Notes: generated by a model not told the origin, from the letters alone. 64,000 nucleotides of DNA from Octopus sinensis (GCF_006345805.1 NW_021834672.1:1-64000); one strand, 5' to 3'; counted from the stretch's first letter, positions 51,603 through 63,906 are shown. Program-made: numbers and translations.

Positions 51603-52224
51603 CAGTAAGATTGACACTGACAAGTCCCTTAATTCCCTTCGGGGTTCGTTGGGGTGCTGCAGCCATGCAGAGTGTCTTGGTGGAGAAACCCTGGCAGAGA
51701 CCATCCCTCTCCAGACTAAACTCATTTCTAAACGAAGTGCTTTGCTAAAGAACACAACGTACAACCCAGTCTGGGAATCGAACTCATGATCTAGCGATCG
51801 TTAGTGCAACATCCTAATCACTAGGCCGTGTGCTTTCACAAACCAGAAATTGGGTGAACAGTACGATACAGTGTATTAAATATGAATTTGACACTCGACA
51901 TTTGAATGACTTTTTCTACCACTTTTTACTCTTTCGAAACAGATTAAATATAAAATACAGAACCTGAATGTTTAAGAGCTTAGATGGGATTTTTACGGAA
52001 AATTACAATATTAATAGGGAATTCTTTCAAATAAAAGGGGTCTGTTAATCTGATTTGTGTTATTTACTTCTTAAGTAATGTTAAATACATTTTTAGATCC
52101 TGTTTAGAATATAGAAGATGAATATACAAGAATAAGAAGTGTTTCTCTGATCAAATATTTAGATGAAATGGGACAGACCCAAGGTATTAAAGATTACTTC
52201 GTAAACAGAGAAAGCAAATCAATT

Positions 52225-52254
52225 TTACATATTCTTTTTTAAGCTGGAATTCAG
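52225..52254 (-). CDS. Candidate exon LNSSLKKNM* (terminal, or 26-nt internal exon using the GTAAAA donor)
   Basis: Poly-T plus ACTGCAG acceptor; phase 0 continues the 52595-52679 exon. Confidence 0.4.
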   Translation of the reverse strand: MNSSLKKNM

Positions 52255-52594
52255 CTGCAGTAAAAAAAAAATTCCATGAAATTATCGATGTAAATGTTCA
52301 ACAAATCTTTTACGTTGAATAAAATCGTTGAGGATTTTTTTATATTTTTCGTTCTCGTTACTGTTTTTTACATTTAGTGTTGTGATAGAGACGCCTTATT
52401 TGGATTTCGTATTGTTAATCCTCTTCAGTATCTGTTTCTTTTCTCACGTTTAAACAGAATTTATCTGGCACCATACAAAAATATACTAAATAAATACTAA
52501 ATATATAACGTATAAAAATGTATTTATAAACTTTCAAATATCTCCATGGAAACCTAAAAGAATTTAATGGAACGATGTCTACCTTGATTCTCAC

Positions 52595-52679
52595 CAGTTT
52601 ATCTAGGTGAGTTAATGAGGATGTATCTACACAATCATTCGACATAGACATAGTAGTTAAATCTTCCTCAGATCTCGCC
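52595..52679 (-). CDS. Candidate 85-nt exon ARSEEDLTTMSMSNDCVDTSSLTHLDKL of an unidentified gene
   Basis: Acceptor TTCTTTTAATTTATTTGTTACGACAG, donor CTG|GTGAGA, only one open frame. Confidence 0.5.
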
Positions 52680-53131
52680 CTGTCGTAACAAATAAATTAA
52701 AAGAACACACAGACCCTGACATACAAAATGGTGGATAAGTTTATAAGAACAGGGACGATTCTATATGACACCAACAGAGAGGGGGTTAAAATATTTTAGT
52801 CACTCATTGGTTTTACAGAGATTGTTGATAGAAAGCAGAATAAACTGGAGAGGAGGTAGGGGAAAAACCCACGATTATGTGAACGGATAATATCAAGATT
52901 TGGACAGACTAAAAATACAGTGAATGCATAGTTATTTCTATGTATTTCTGCGTAGTTATTTGTGTTGCTTACTTTGTAAAACAGTAAGAGGAGAAGGTTG
53001 CTAGCACATCACCCTCTATCCACATCTTTTCCATATGGGGCCCTAACAAAATCCGATAATAGATATAGATGCAAATCTAATTGCTTGTCTCCTTCTAAAA
53101 TCAGGCATAACTTGGCAGTTGATCGACTTAC

Positions 53132-53330
53132 AACACCGTTCTTCATCTTGAGTTTACTTGGCAGAGTGTGTTTGTTAACAAGGTCAAGGTGAGCTCCGAT
53201 TGGCTGTATGCAAATGAGTTCATTGCTGAGGTCCGGAACTCTCGTGGGAAAAAACATTTCGCGTCTCGGCAAGCTTTGTTGTATTTCATATGAACTGTAT
53301 CTGCGATGTGACGTCTCAGTGTCACAGTAA
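53132..53330 (-). promoter_or_regulatory. Candidate Pol II promoter and short first exon
   Basis: CRE-like GTGACGTC 53308-53315, E2F-like TTTCGCG, ETS-like CCGGAA, octamer ATGCAAAT 53208-53215, CCAAT 53199-53203 (minus orientation) and perfect donor GTAAGT 53131-53126. Confidence 0.45.
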
Positions 53331-53489
53331 CTCCGAGGATAATGCTAAGATTACGAGTTTAACCTAAATAGTTGCTCTTCAACACTGCTCAGTCCTAACC
53401 AATTCGGTAAGGATTTCACTGAACCATTGCTTTTACAGAGTGTGTACCTATTAACATTAGGTAGTGGGTAGCGATTTTCTTTCCTACTT

Positions 53490-53880
53490 CAGGGAGTGAC
53501 GACCCTGCCTGACAAGAGTCCCTGGCTCAGCTGGCTCCGGCTGACAGTACCCGGTATGGGCCCCTATCCAGGGTTACGGAAAGGAGACAACCTTCGAAGA
53601 AATCCGGAGTGGAGCCCCGTAGGCCGTTTAGTGTTCAAGCCGACACTCTTCCGGCACTCCTTTGGACTACGTCAGCAGGGTCGAGAGAGGAATCCTGACG
53701 GTTGGGCTACCCAGGATTTTCTTACATCTAGCCCAGGCCTGCGCAAAACTGGAGAGGACATGAAATGTAAAAACCAGACTGCATTAGTTTATGCGCAACT
53801 CCATTGCCTCCCGAGACAAAAGGATGCCAACAACCTATTAACCAATCTTTCACCAAGGAATATTCACAAGACAGAGTACG
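53490..53880 (+). mobile_element. Probable LINE (RTE-like) 5' UTR fragment
   Basis: GC-rich block with GAAATCCGGAGTGGAGCCCC..CTAGCCCAGGC..ACTGGAGAGGAC..TAAAAACCAG resembling RTE 5' UTRs, recognised from memory. Confidence 0.35.
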
Positions 53881-54109
53881 ATTAACAATGGTCTTCACTT
53901 AACCTTGTCTATTAATTCTTGCGAATTGCGACTTTAAGTGAAAACGACGAGATGTGAAACCACCTTATTATAAGTTTAAACATATAAACAAGTTACATTC
54001 CTATGGTGTGTCTTAATTACAAAATCATCAACAAATCTCTAAATACAGACTCAAAACATTTCAAGTATTAAACATCGAAATATATGTGTGCTATAAATAC
54101 GTCCAAAAA

Positions 54110-54960
54110 CAAAACATTGATAAAAAAATCAATAAAATAATAATTCACTTGAAAGATACGTCCAAATTTTGTCGTGCAGTTTTCTCTCTGTTTTTATAAG
54201 TCTTCTGTATTTTTTGTATCTATTCGCTATTAACTTGTTTGCTTCTAAACTTGTCTCAGACAAATCTCTTGTTAAAAACCGGAATCGTTCAGCATACTCG
54301 CTCTTATAATCTTCTTCAGAACGGTGCTATTCCAAATCTACATGAGATCCTCGTTCGATATTTCTTCCGCAAACCGTTCAAGTAGTTCGACCACATCATC
54401 TTCATTTATTTAATTAAATCCAGCCTGATGTATCCTCTCAACAATGATGAACATTTTGTATTGGCTCTTCAAAGCCCAGGAAGCGTTCAATGCAATTTAG
54501 ATATAAATTTTACTCCAGATAAGATTTACTATGGTTGTCTACACTTCTCACCATCTGACAGTCAAATTTTCAATAGCATTCAAAATAAGATAACTGAGCC
54601 AAATTTCCGTTATATTAAGTTTAATTTTACCGTTTAAGAACTTAATTAATTGCTTAAAAGTGAGTCGTAAATAGTAAGTTTCGAATATAGCAATAATGTC
54701 TAGGTTGTAGGTTGAATCAAGCTGGTTGTGTTTGAAAGCTGAACAGTTATTTGAACATTATCTGGGATATGGTGATCCGAACTATTATCAAAAAGAAGCA
54801 ATGTTCTTTTTTCAAGACACTATTTTTTGACAGCTGGACTGATCTTGGAATACTGATTTGCTGATCCATATATTTTATTCATTTGATCGCCACAGAACAG
54901 GAAGATGAGATTTAGAGAAGTCTTTCACATCTACTAGTGTCTCAGAATGATTTTTTTAAA
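54110..54960 (-). mobile_element. Tigger/pogo transposase remnant (DDE C-terminal half)
   Basis: LPVLWRSN, DNSSDH, NTTSLIQP, IIAIFETYYLRLTFKQLI, ILNAIENLTVRW and GFN*INEDDVVELLERFAEEISNEDL match Tigger motifs. Confidence 0.85.
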
Positions 54961-55134
54961 AATCTAGAGGTTTGAGCTTGAGATTTTAATTGGACAGACA
55001 AAGCTTAAATGGTCCAAACTTGAGATGCGTAGTAATTTCTATGTGACATACGATACACTCACACACACATATATATACATACATACACACACACACACCA
55101 CACACACACACACACATACACACACAGACACAGA

Positions 55135-55238
<104 letters not shown>

Positions 55239-55244
55239 CAATAT

Positions 55245-55450
55245 GTGACCGCGTATGTATCGTTGGCGATTTTCTTTCTCCGTCTTCCCTTCTTTGGTCT
55301 TTTTTTTCTATATTTCTGACGAAGTGCTCCGCTCGAAACGTGAAATTCTCTTTCTTTTCTTTCCTTTCCTGAGCGTCCAATAACACTGTACTTATTCCAC
55401 GTCTTCGCGTTGTTGTTTTTTCTTGCTTGTTCATGTTTGGATTAACTATA
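55245..55450 (+). mobile_element. PLE-type terminal fragment with a decayed minimal hammerhead at 55312-55346
   Basis: AUUU-CUGACGA-A-GUGC-UCC-GCUC-GAAA-C-GUG-AAAU; related to the 36727 element; inserted in (TA)n. Confidence 0.6.
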
Positions 55451-55502
55451 TATAATATAGACCTCTGTGCGATTTGGTTCCATACTTTTCTCTATCTATC
55501 TG

Positions 55503-55559
<57 letters not shown>

Positions 55560-55560
55560 A

Positions 55561-55598
<38 letters not shown>

Positions 55599-56385
55599 AC
55601 TATATCTATCGTGTACATGAATCATTTCACCTGGGATACAATAATATGGTCTTCATTTATTCTTTTTTTTTAAATAAATAAAATTGTTTTCACTCTTCAC
55701 GTTCCTCATAGAGACATTCAAGGATTTCTGTTGTCTTTCTTCTAAGCATTTCTGTCACTGTATATCTCTCTGTCTAAATCTCTCTCTCTATCTATATTTA
55801 TCTACATCTTTCTATATCTATCAGTCTATCTACATCTATCAGTCTATCTATATCTATCTGTCTATCTGTTTAGCTATCTATCTACGCCGTTATGTATACA
55901 ATGCACCGTTGAGGAATATTTACATTTCAACCGCCGCTTCTATTTCATTTCAGTCGCATTCTTCTTTGTGGGGGTTCCTGAAGAAAATACATGAACGTTA
56001 CAGCTTGCTATATATTTTTAGCCTAAAAATATTACTCTTCACGTTCCTCATAGAAACATAACGCTTCCTGGTACCAAAAAAAATTATTGCTACTACTTTC
56101 ATTGTTTACAATCTTCTGCACCGGTGTATTTCTGTATCTGTAAATAACCATGCCTAGAGGGAAGGTGCCAAAATTTTCTCGAGTGTCAAGGTCGGCCAAA
56201 AGAATGTCTCTGTCGGTGGAAAGAGGGACATATGAAAAAAGGAAATCAAGCCAAGAAAGGAACAGGATGCGCACTACAGCAGCCAGAGCGTCTGAGAGTG
56301 ATGACACAAGAGTTGTGCATAAAGAACCATTTGCGTACTGGTATTGCGTACTGGTATCTCAAAGTGCTGAACAGAGGTATGCACG

Positions 56386-56625
56386 AGCTAGCAAAGGCGG
56401 CGAGCTAGCAGAAACGTTAGCACGCCGGACGAAATGTCTAGCGGCATTTCGTCTGCCGCTACGTTCTGAGTTCAAATTCCGCCGAGGTCGACTTTGCCTT
56501 TCCTCCTTTCGGGATTGATAAATTAAGTACCAGTCACACACTGGGGTCGATGTAATCGACTTAATACCTATGTCTGTCCTTGTTTGTCCCCTCTGTGTTT
56601 AGCCCTTTGTGGGTAGTAAAGAAAT
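56386..56625 (+). mobile_element. SINE-A monomer nested in the Helitron
   Basis: 11-bp TSD AGGTATGCACG at 56375-56385 and 56626-56636. Confidence 0.9.
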
Positions 56626-56639
56626 AGGTATGCACGCCT

Positions 56640-57055
56640 GACAAGGAATAGGATCTCCACTGCGATGACACTGGTGGAGTTTTCTTAGCTGCGGTTGGAT
56701 GGAACTTATACCCGCCTCCTTATGAGAGCTCAAAATCTCTCGTGGAAGCGCCATCCAACCAAAGTACAAATATATGGGAAACTACGACCTGTATCAACTA
56801 TTGTGAAAGGTAGAAGAGTTCAGTTTGCTGGACATTGTTGTAGAGCTGAAAATGAGGCAATTTCTACTGTTCTCCTCTGGAAGCCATCTACTCGCGATAC
56901 CAGAGGGCGCACACTCTCCTACCCTGATGTAATCTCCAGGGATACAGGCATCCAGCAACAGGACCTCCGTAATGCCATGATGGACCATGAAGTCTGGCGT
57001 AGCATAGTAAATTCCATTGTCTCGACCACGGTCGAACAATGATGGTGATGATTAG
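56640..57055 (+). mobile_element. RTE-like LINE 3' end nested in the Helitron
   Basis: LDGTYTRLLMRAQNLSWKRHPT..YG..RRVQFAGHC..LLWKP..RGRTLSY..WR C-terminus, then an (ATG)n-like tail. Confidence 0.85.
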
Positions 57056-58484
57056 CTGTTCCTGGAGATAGAGGAAAGACATTATTGATCAGCCAGCTCT
57101 TTGCCAAGGTGAGACAGAAGAAGATTGCTCTGGATGTTACATCTGGAATTGCAGCCACACTCCTAACAGGTAGGAGAACAGCCCTTTCAACATTCAAACT
57201 GCCTCTGGACCTGATCCAAAATGAATCTCCATTGTGCAACATATCGAAGTATACACTACAAGACTTCAGAAACAATAAGAAGATCATGGGTGGTGTCACC
57301 CTCCTCATGGCTGGTGACTTCAGGCAAACTCTACCTGTCAATCCCAGAGGAACATAGGCAGATGAGCTGAGAGTTTGCATCATGTCCTCATATACCTGGA
57401 AACATGTCAAGCAGTTTACTCTGGAAACTAACATGTGGGTTCGCATTCATGGTGCCCCACTAGCTGCATATTCTCCAAGAAGTTACTTGACACTGGAAAT
57501 GGAAAACTTCCACAGGATCCAGAAGATAGTCGGCACCACCTCCCATGTAGCAATATCACTGCCTCTCTTGAAGAATTGAGGAGCAGGGTCTTCCCAAACA
57601 TTGCCACAAACTACAAAAGTCACATGTGGCTATGTGAAAGAACACTTCTAGCACCAAGGAATGACGTTGTAGACCAGATGAATCTAAATTTGTTGTCACA
57701 GCTTCCAGGACTTCAATGTTCATACAGATCAATTGACTCTGTCCCTGATCAAGAACAGGCAACGCATTGCCCAGTGGAGATCCTTAATTCACTTCAACCA
57801 CCAAGATTTCTGCCACACATTCTGATCGTGAAAACAGGTGCTTCCGTAATGCTGTTAAGATACTTTGACGCAACCAGACTCTGCAATAGAACATGGTTGC
57901 TTGTTAAAACAGCCATGCCTCGTGTGTTGCAAGCAACAATAATTACAGCCAACATGATGTGTGAGAATGTCTTCATTCCAAGTATCCCTCTCATCTCAAA
58001 TTATCTTCCCTTTCATTTCAAGCGACTGCAGTTTCCTGTCAAACTGAGCTTTGCAATTTCTATCAACAAAGCACAAGGTCATTCTCTATGCTTCTCACAT
58101 AGTCAGCTGTATGTTGGATGTTCCAGAGTTGGAGATGAAAAGAAATTCTACACTCTCAGTGATGGCAAGACAGAAAACATAGTATATGAAGAATCACTTA
58201 CATGAATAATATGTGCATGTAATATACAGAAGTGTAAAACCAATTAGTGTTAAATGTAAGTATTACTTACTGAGAAATACATTAATCTTACACTACAAGC
58301 AATGAATACTATGTTAAGGCTATGGGTTTATAACCTAAGTGAAACTGGGTCCTTCTGCTTGTATTTGTATATATACATATATATATAAGTTCAGCAAAAT
58401 TTAGATTCAGATGAATATGGTACTTAAGTCAAAGGCACCAGAATTTTGTATGGTATTATCCATATAAATCCATGGAGTGGTTAC

Positions 58485-58630
58485 AATCAAAATAAGCAAC
58501 AATTATATCCGAGGTAATGTGGTACGATCGTTTCATGCTACTTCATTTTAATAAAAGTGTTTAATAAAATGAAGTAGCATGAAACGATCGTACCACATTA
58601 CCTCGGATATACTTGTTGCTTATTTTGATT
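58485..58630. repeat. Near-perfect inverted repeat with 71-bp arms and a 4-nt loop
   Basis: 58485-58555 pairs with 58560-58630 with two mismatches (58503/58612 and 58551/58564). Confidence 0.95.
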
Positions 58631-58669
58631 ATATATATATATATTAATATTTATATTTATATACAGCAG

Positions 58670-59270
58670 ACTTCCACGCAGTGTCTGCCTACGAAATTTA
58701 TTCACAAGACATTAGTCGGTCTGGAGTTGTAGTAGAAGACACCCAAGGTGTTGTGCAGTGGGACTGAACCCAAATCTTCCTTATTGCAAAGCGATTTTCT
58801 TAACTACAGAGTCATACCTGTACCTACAATGACCATTTTATATTTTCAATATTGCCATACCTTAAAGGCTTAGCGGTATTTCGTCCATCAGGTGGCGAGC
58901 TGGCAGAAATGTTAGCACGCTGGGCGAAATGCGTAGCCGTATTTCGTCTGCTGTTACGTTCTGAGTTCAAATTCCGCCGAGGTCGACTTTGCCTTTCATC
59001 CTTTCGGGGTCGATAAATTAAGTACCAGTTACGTACTGGGGTCGATGTAATCGACTTAATACCTATGCCTGTCCTTGTTTGTCCCCTCTATGTTTAGCCC
59101 CTTGTGGGTAATAAAGAAATAGGTATTTCGTCCATCAAGAATTTGTCTTTCATCCCTTAAAGGTTAATAAAATAAGCACCAGTTGAACACTGGGGGGTGG
59201 GGGGTCGATTTAATCAACTTACCCCCTGCCCCAAAATTGCATGCCTTGAACCAAAAATTCGAAATCAATA
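58670..59270. mobile_element. SINE-C 5' half (- 58670-58825) and SINE-A dimer (+ 58890-59270)
   Basis: Direct matches to the family consensus. Confidence 0.85.
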
Positions 59271-59564
59271 TTGTCATATTTTACAAGAGCTACATGTGTT
59301 TGAAATATCGCAGTAGACGTGAAAAAGATGCATCTGAAGTGAGGAACATGAAGTAAATAAGTTAAATGACTTGAATCGTTATTCATCAGTTCTTATTTTA
59401 TTTATTTTGTTATTTTCCTATATTGAAAATTGAAATGAGCTGCAAATAACTGAAGGAAAACGAAAAATCAAACAAAAATTCATGATGAGACACGTACATA
59501 TCGTGATTTATTTTTACTTTATTTTATATAATCTCTTTATATTATTTCTCATCAGTTTTATAAG

Positions 59565-60480
59565 GATATGCTGGCGCTCCGTCGGTTACGACGACGAGGG
59601 TTCAAGTTGATCCGATCAGCAAAACAGCCTGCTCAAGAAATTAATATGCAAGTGTTTGAGCATTCCACGGATGCATGTACCCTTAACTTAGTTCTCAGGG
59701 AGATTCAGCGTGACACAGAGTATGACAAGGCTGACCCTTCTTTAATTACAGGTACAATTCATTATCCTTTCTACTATAGGCACAAGACCTGAAATTGGGG
59801 TGAGGGGGATAGTCGATTACATCGACCCCAGTACTCAACTGGTACTTAATTTATCGACCCCGAGAGGATGAAAGGTAAAGTCGACCTCGATGGAATCTGA
59901 ACTCTGAACGTAGCGGCATACGAAATACCTATTTCTTTACTACCCACAAGGGGCTAAACACAGAGAGAACAAACAAGCACAGACATAGGTATTAAGTCGA
60001 TTACATCGGCCCCAGTGCGTAACTGGTACTTATTCAATCAACTCCGAAAGGATCAAAGGCAAAGTCGACCTAGGCGGAATTTGAACTCAGAACATAACGG
60101 CAGACGAAATACCTATTTCTTTACTACCCACAAGGGGCTAAACACAGAAGAGACAAACAAGGACAGACAGACGGATTAAGTCGATTAGATCGACTCCAGA
60201 GCGTAACTGGTACTTAATTTATCGACCCCGAAAGGATGAAAGGCAAAGTCGACCTCGGCGGAATTTGAACTCAGAACGTAACGGCAGACGAAATACGGCT
60301 ACGCATTTCGCCCGGCATGCTAGCGATTCTGCCAGCTCGCCGCCTTAGGTACAATTCATTATCGCCAGCTAAGTGGACCGAATCAAGGTATAAAATAAAA
60401 TGTCTTGCTCAAGGAGACAACGCGCTGCCAAGAATCGAACTCGCGATTGTGAGCCAAATAGCCCAACCACAAGGCCACGC
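59565..60480 (-). mobile_element. SINE-D (tRNA head near 60480) split by a SINE-A trimer
   Basis: Halves 59565-59766 and 60347-60480 are contiguous across the insertion. Confidence 0.7.
59767..60346 (-). mobile_element. SINE-A trimer
   Basis: Three modules plus terminal tail; one 17-bp TSD AGGTACAATTCATTATC at 59750-59766 and 60347-60363. Confidence 0.93.
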
Positions 60481-60779
60481 TCATAACGCACAAGGCCATG
60501 TCATAACGAAACGACGTTAAGTGAGAAAAGATGTTAAGCGAAACGATGTTAAGCGAGTAATGCGTCGATAAGACTTGTTCGTCTTACAGTATTACCGAGT
60601 TCGCAGTGTAATACAGCAATACTGTAATACTATAAAAATAACAGTTTCCACGAGGACCTGTAGTTTCTGTGTTGCCTAATTATTAAGATTTAAGTTAATA
60701 ATCTACGAAGCGGCACAGGATTACGCAACACGCTATTCTATATATTTAGCAAGATGTAACCATTCAAGCGTGTCTGTAT

Positions 60780-61435
<656 letters not shown>

Positions 61436-61510
61436 GAGGGTTGTATTGTGTATACAACACATTGTGGTTGCTTCTCTACGCCCCAAAATTCAGAATTCAT
61501 ATATTCTTAC

Positions 61511-61587
61511 TTTCTGGTCATGCACCGTTAAAATTCAAGACTTGTGTAACATTACGTGACAAGTTATATATTATTTTGTGAGGACAC
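61511..61587 (-). other. Candidate 77-nt exon (5' UTR or first coding, ATG ACC AGA AA at its end)
   Basis: Acceptor TTTTTTTATTTTTCCATTGCACCGTTAG, donor AAA|GTAAGA; all three frames have stops. Confidence 0.3.
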
Positions 61588-62204
61588 CTAACGGTGCAAT
61601 GGAAAAATAAAAAAAATAAAAACGTGTGCAATCAAAGAAAAATATATTTAAAAATAAAACAAGTCTCCATTTTTATTCTTCTTCTTCTTCTTCTTGTCCT
61701 TATTGTTTTTGTTATTGTTGTTGTTGTTGTTGTTGTTGTTTCTTTTCTCAGTGTTATGCTTTCTGTTATATTAAGCATGGATGAAACTTGAGAATTCTCT
61801 GAACAGCATCTTGTAATTGGAGGCAATAATCAGTTGGATTCGTACGTATAGAAAGAGCGCTGTATGTTGAAACGTTTCCACCACACCTCAATAAGCAATT
61901 ACACTGTGGATCTTGGATGCCGATACAGAATATACGCTGAATTAAAACTTCCAAAGAGTGTTAAAAGGCTTTCGTTACTTTTAGAAAATATCAAGATTCT
62001 TATTTATTCGACTCTAACCATTAGTAACGTAACAAGGTTGCAAAGCGAAAAAATTCCGTTTCATATATATATACATATAATTGCATATATATGTACACAC
62101 ACACACACCACACATATATATGTATATATAAATACATACGCATATATATATGTATATATATATATATATATATGTATATGTCCGTGTGTGTGTATATATA
62201 CATA

Positions 62205-62249
<45 letters not shown>

Positions 62250-62868
62250 ATATATATATATATATATATATCATATATATATATATATATGTGTGTGTGA
62301 ATATTTTGTGGATCGTTCATCCTAAATCGAAACCAGTGAACTTGAGATCAGACAACACTTGCTCTCTTCCAGGTTGGTTTGGGTTTTTCTTTCTTTTTCT
62401 AATTTTATATTTGTATTTCCCATTTGATTTAAAAAGTAGTAACTCAACAAAAAAGACAAAAAAAAGAAAGAAAAAGAAAATAATTTCAGAGCACCGAACA
62501 AAATAAAAATGCTCTACCGTACAATATTAGTTTAATCCCTCTGAATTTTTTAATTCGAATCTTTCTTGGTTTGGATTAATAAATACCAGTAAGACACTGC
62601 GGTCAATTCAGCTGATTAACAATTCTCCCTAAAAGCTGTGTGGCTAAAAAGCTCGCTTTGCGACCACGTGGTTTTGGCTTCAAGTCTCACTGCGTGACAC
62701 CTTAGGCAAGTGCTTTCAGCCATAGCCCTCGACCGACCAATGCCTTGCGAGTGAATTTAGGAGAAGGAATCTGTGTGGAAATCCGAAGTGTGTGTGTGTG
62801 TGCGTGCGCTGTCTATTTGTGTATATGTTTGTGTATATTTCTTTAATACAATTCCTAATAATATTTCA

Positions 62869-63163
62869 GAGGAACATGACCTAGTGGTTAGAGCAGCGGA
62901 TTCGCGGTCGAGGGATCGCGGGTTCGAATCTCAGACCGAGCGATGTGTGTGTTTATGAGCGAAACACCTAAGCTCCACGCGGCTCCGGCAGAAGGTAATG
63001 TCGAACTTCTGTTGACTCTTTCTCTCACTCTTTGCTCCTGCATCTTGCAGCTCACCTGCGACGGATCAGCGTCTCATCCAGGTGGGGAACCTATATGCCA
63101 AAGAAACCGGGAAACCGGCTCTTATGAGCATGACATGGCTCGAGAAGGAACAAACCACAAAAC
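62869..63163 (+). mobile_element. Full SINE-B (preceded by a SINE-C head at 62635-62800)
   Basis: 12-bp TSD AATAATATTTCA at 62857-62868 and 63164-63175. Confidence 0.92.
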
Positions 63164-63189
63164 AATAATATTTCATTATAAAAATATAA

Positions 63190-63284
63190 CAGGATTTTTT
63201 AAACGTCAACTGGTTATGAGGGCCCATTTGATTAAAATAGGGATCAAAGGGTCCATAGATAAGAAAAATGGTTGAGAACTGCTG
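63190..63284. mobile_element. 3' end of the hAT-like MITE family seen at 614-1145
   Basis: GGGTCCATAGATAAGAAAAATGGTTGAGAACTGCTG. Confidence 0.65.
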
Positions 63285-63906
63285 ATCTAAAGGCCTCCTA
63301 AGATAATGTTAAGGTTTAAACCGTACCATATACCAAATCTAGCACTCAAAATTAAATCGGGTGCCGTAGCTAAAACCTGTCTGTAACTAAATCGTTTTGA
63401 TGGTCTGTTTACAAGTCGAAGTTAAGCCGAGGACTGTATTAGACCACGCATCCAAAGTTAAACCTACTCCTGCATTATAAATAGACTGCCATCTATTTTC
63501 TTTTTTGTCAATTAGATAAATAGAGATTTTATTTATTTCATTGTCAACTAAATATAATGGGATATAAAAATATATGCAAACCGAAAGAGATTTCGATAAG
63601 AATAAATCAAAAGGACAACGTTTTTAGTCTAAGTTGTCTTCCAGATCATTTTTTATGTAATAAAAAGAAATAATTTAAATACCGGAAAGTAATATAAATA
63701 GTATAAAATAGAGAGCAAAATAGAATTCAAGAAAAAAGAAAAAAAGTTGAAGAAATTTAACATTTTAAGATGAAAATTAAAAAATGAGAAACGTTTTTTT
63801 TTTGTGTACGAAATAATTTTTTCAATAAGCAACTTCAAAGTGAAAATGCTAAAAATAACAATGAGACAAATAATGTATTTAAAGACAAAAATTGGAAAAT
63901 ACTTAC

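Larger units (their letters stand above)
55870..58361 (+). mobile_element. Internally deleted Helitron (N-terminal ORF remnant plus Pif1-type helicase C-terminus)
   Basis: MPRGK..SRSAKRM at 56150; ATLLTG.RTA.STFKLPL, GGVTLLMAGDFRQTLPV, LAPRNDVV, PVEILNSLQPP, FKRLQFPVKLSFAISINKAQG, QLYVGCSRV; degenerate 3' hairpin and CTTG at 58358-58361; 5' boundary uncertain. Confidence 0.88.

Noticed and set aside
52108-52183. Plus-strand exon NIEDEYTRIRSVSLIKYLDEMGQTQ
   Set aside because: No partner exons on the plus strand, and the minus-strand model nearby has better splice signals
54552-54554. Apparent 3-nt microexon CAG|ATG|GTGAG on the minus strand
   Set aside because: It lies inside the Tigger transposase remnant and has no polypyrimidine tract
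57435-58205. Host PIF1 helicase gene
   Set aside because: Intronless C-terminal fragment with upstream stops and frameshifts, motif deletions and a Helitron-type 3' end
62869-62945. tRNA genes at SINE heads (also 1766, 10860, 16625, 39826, 47800, 51325)
   Set aside because: Cloverleafs are imperfect and run directly into SINE bodies with TSDs
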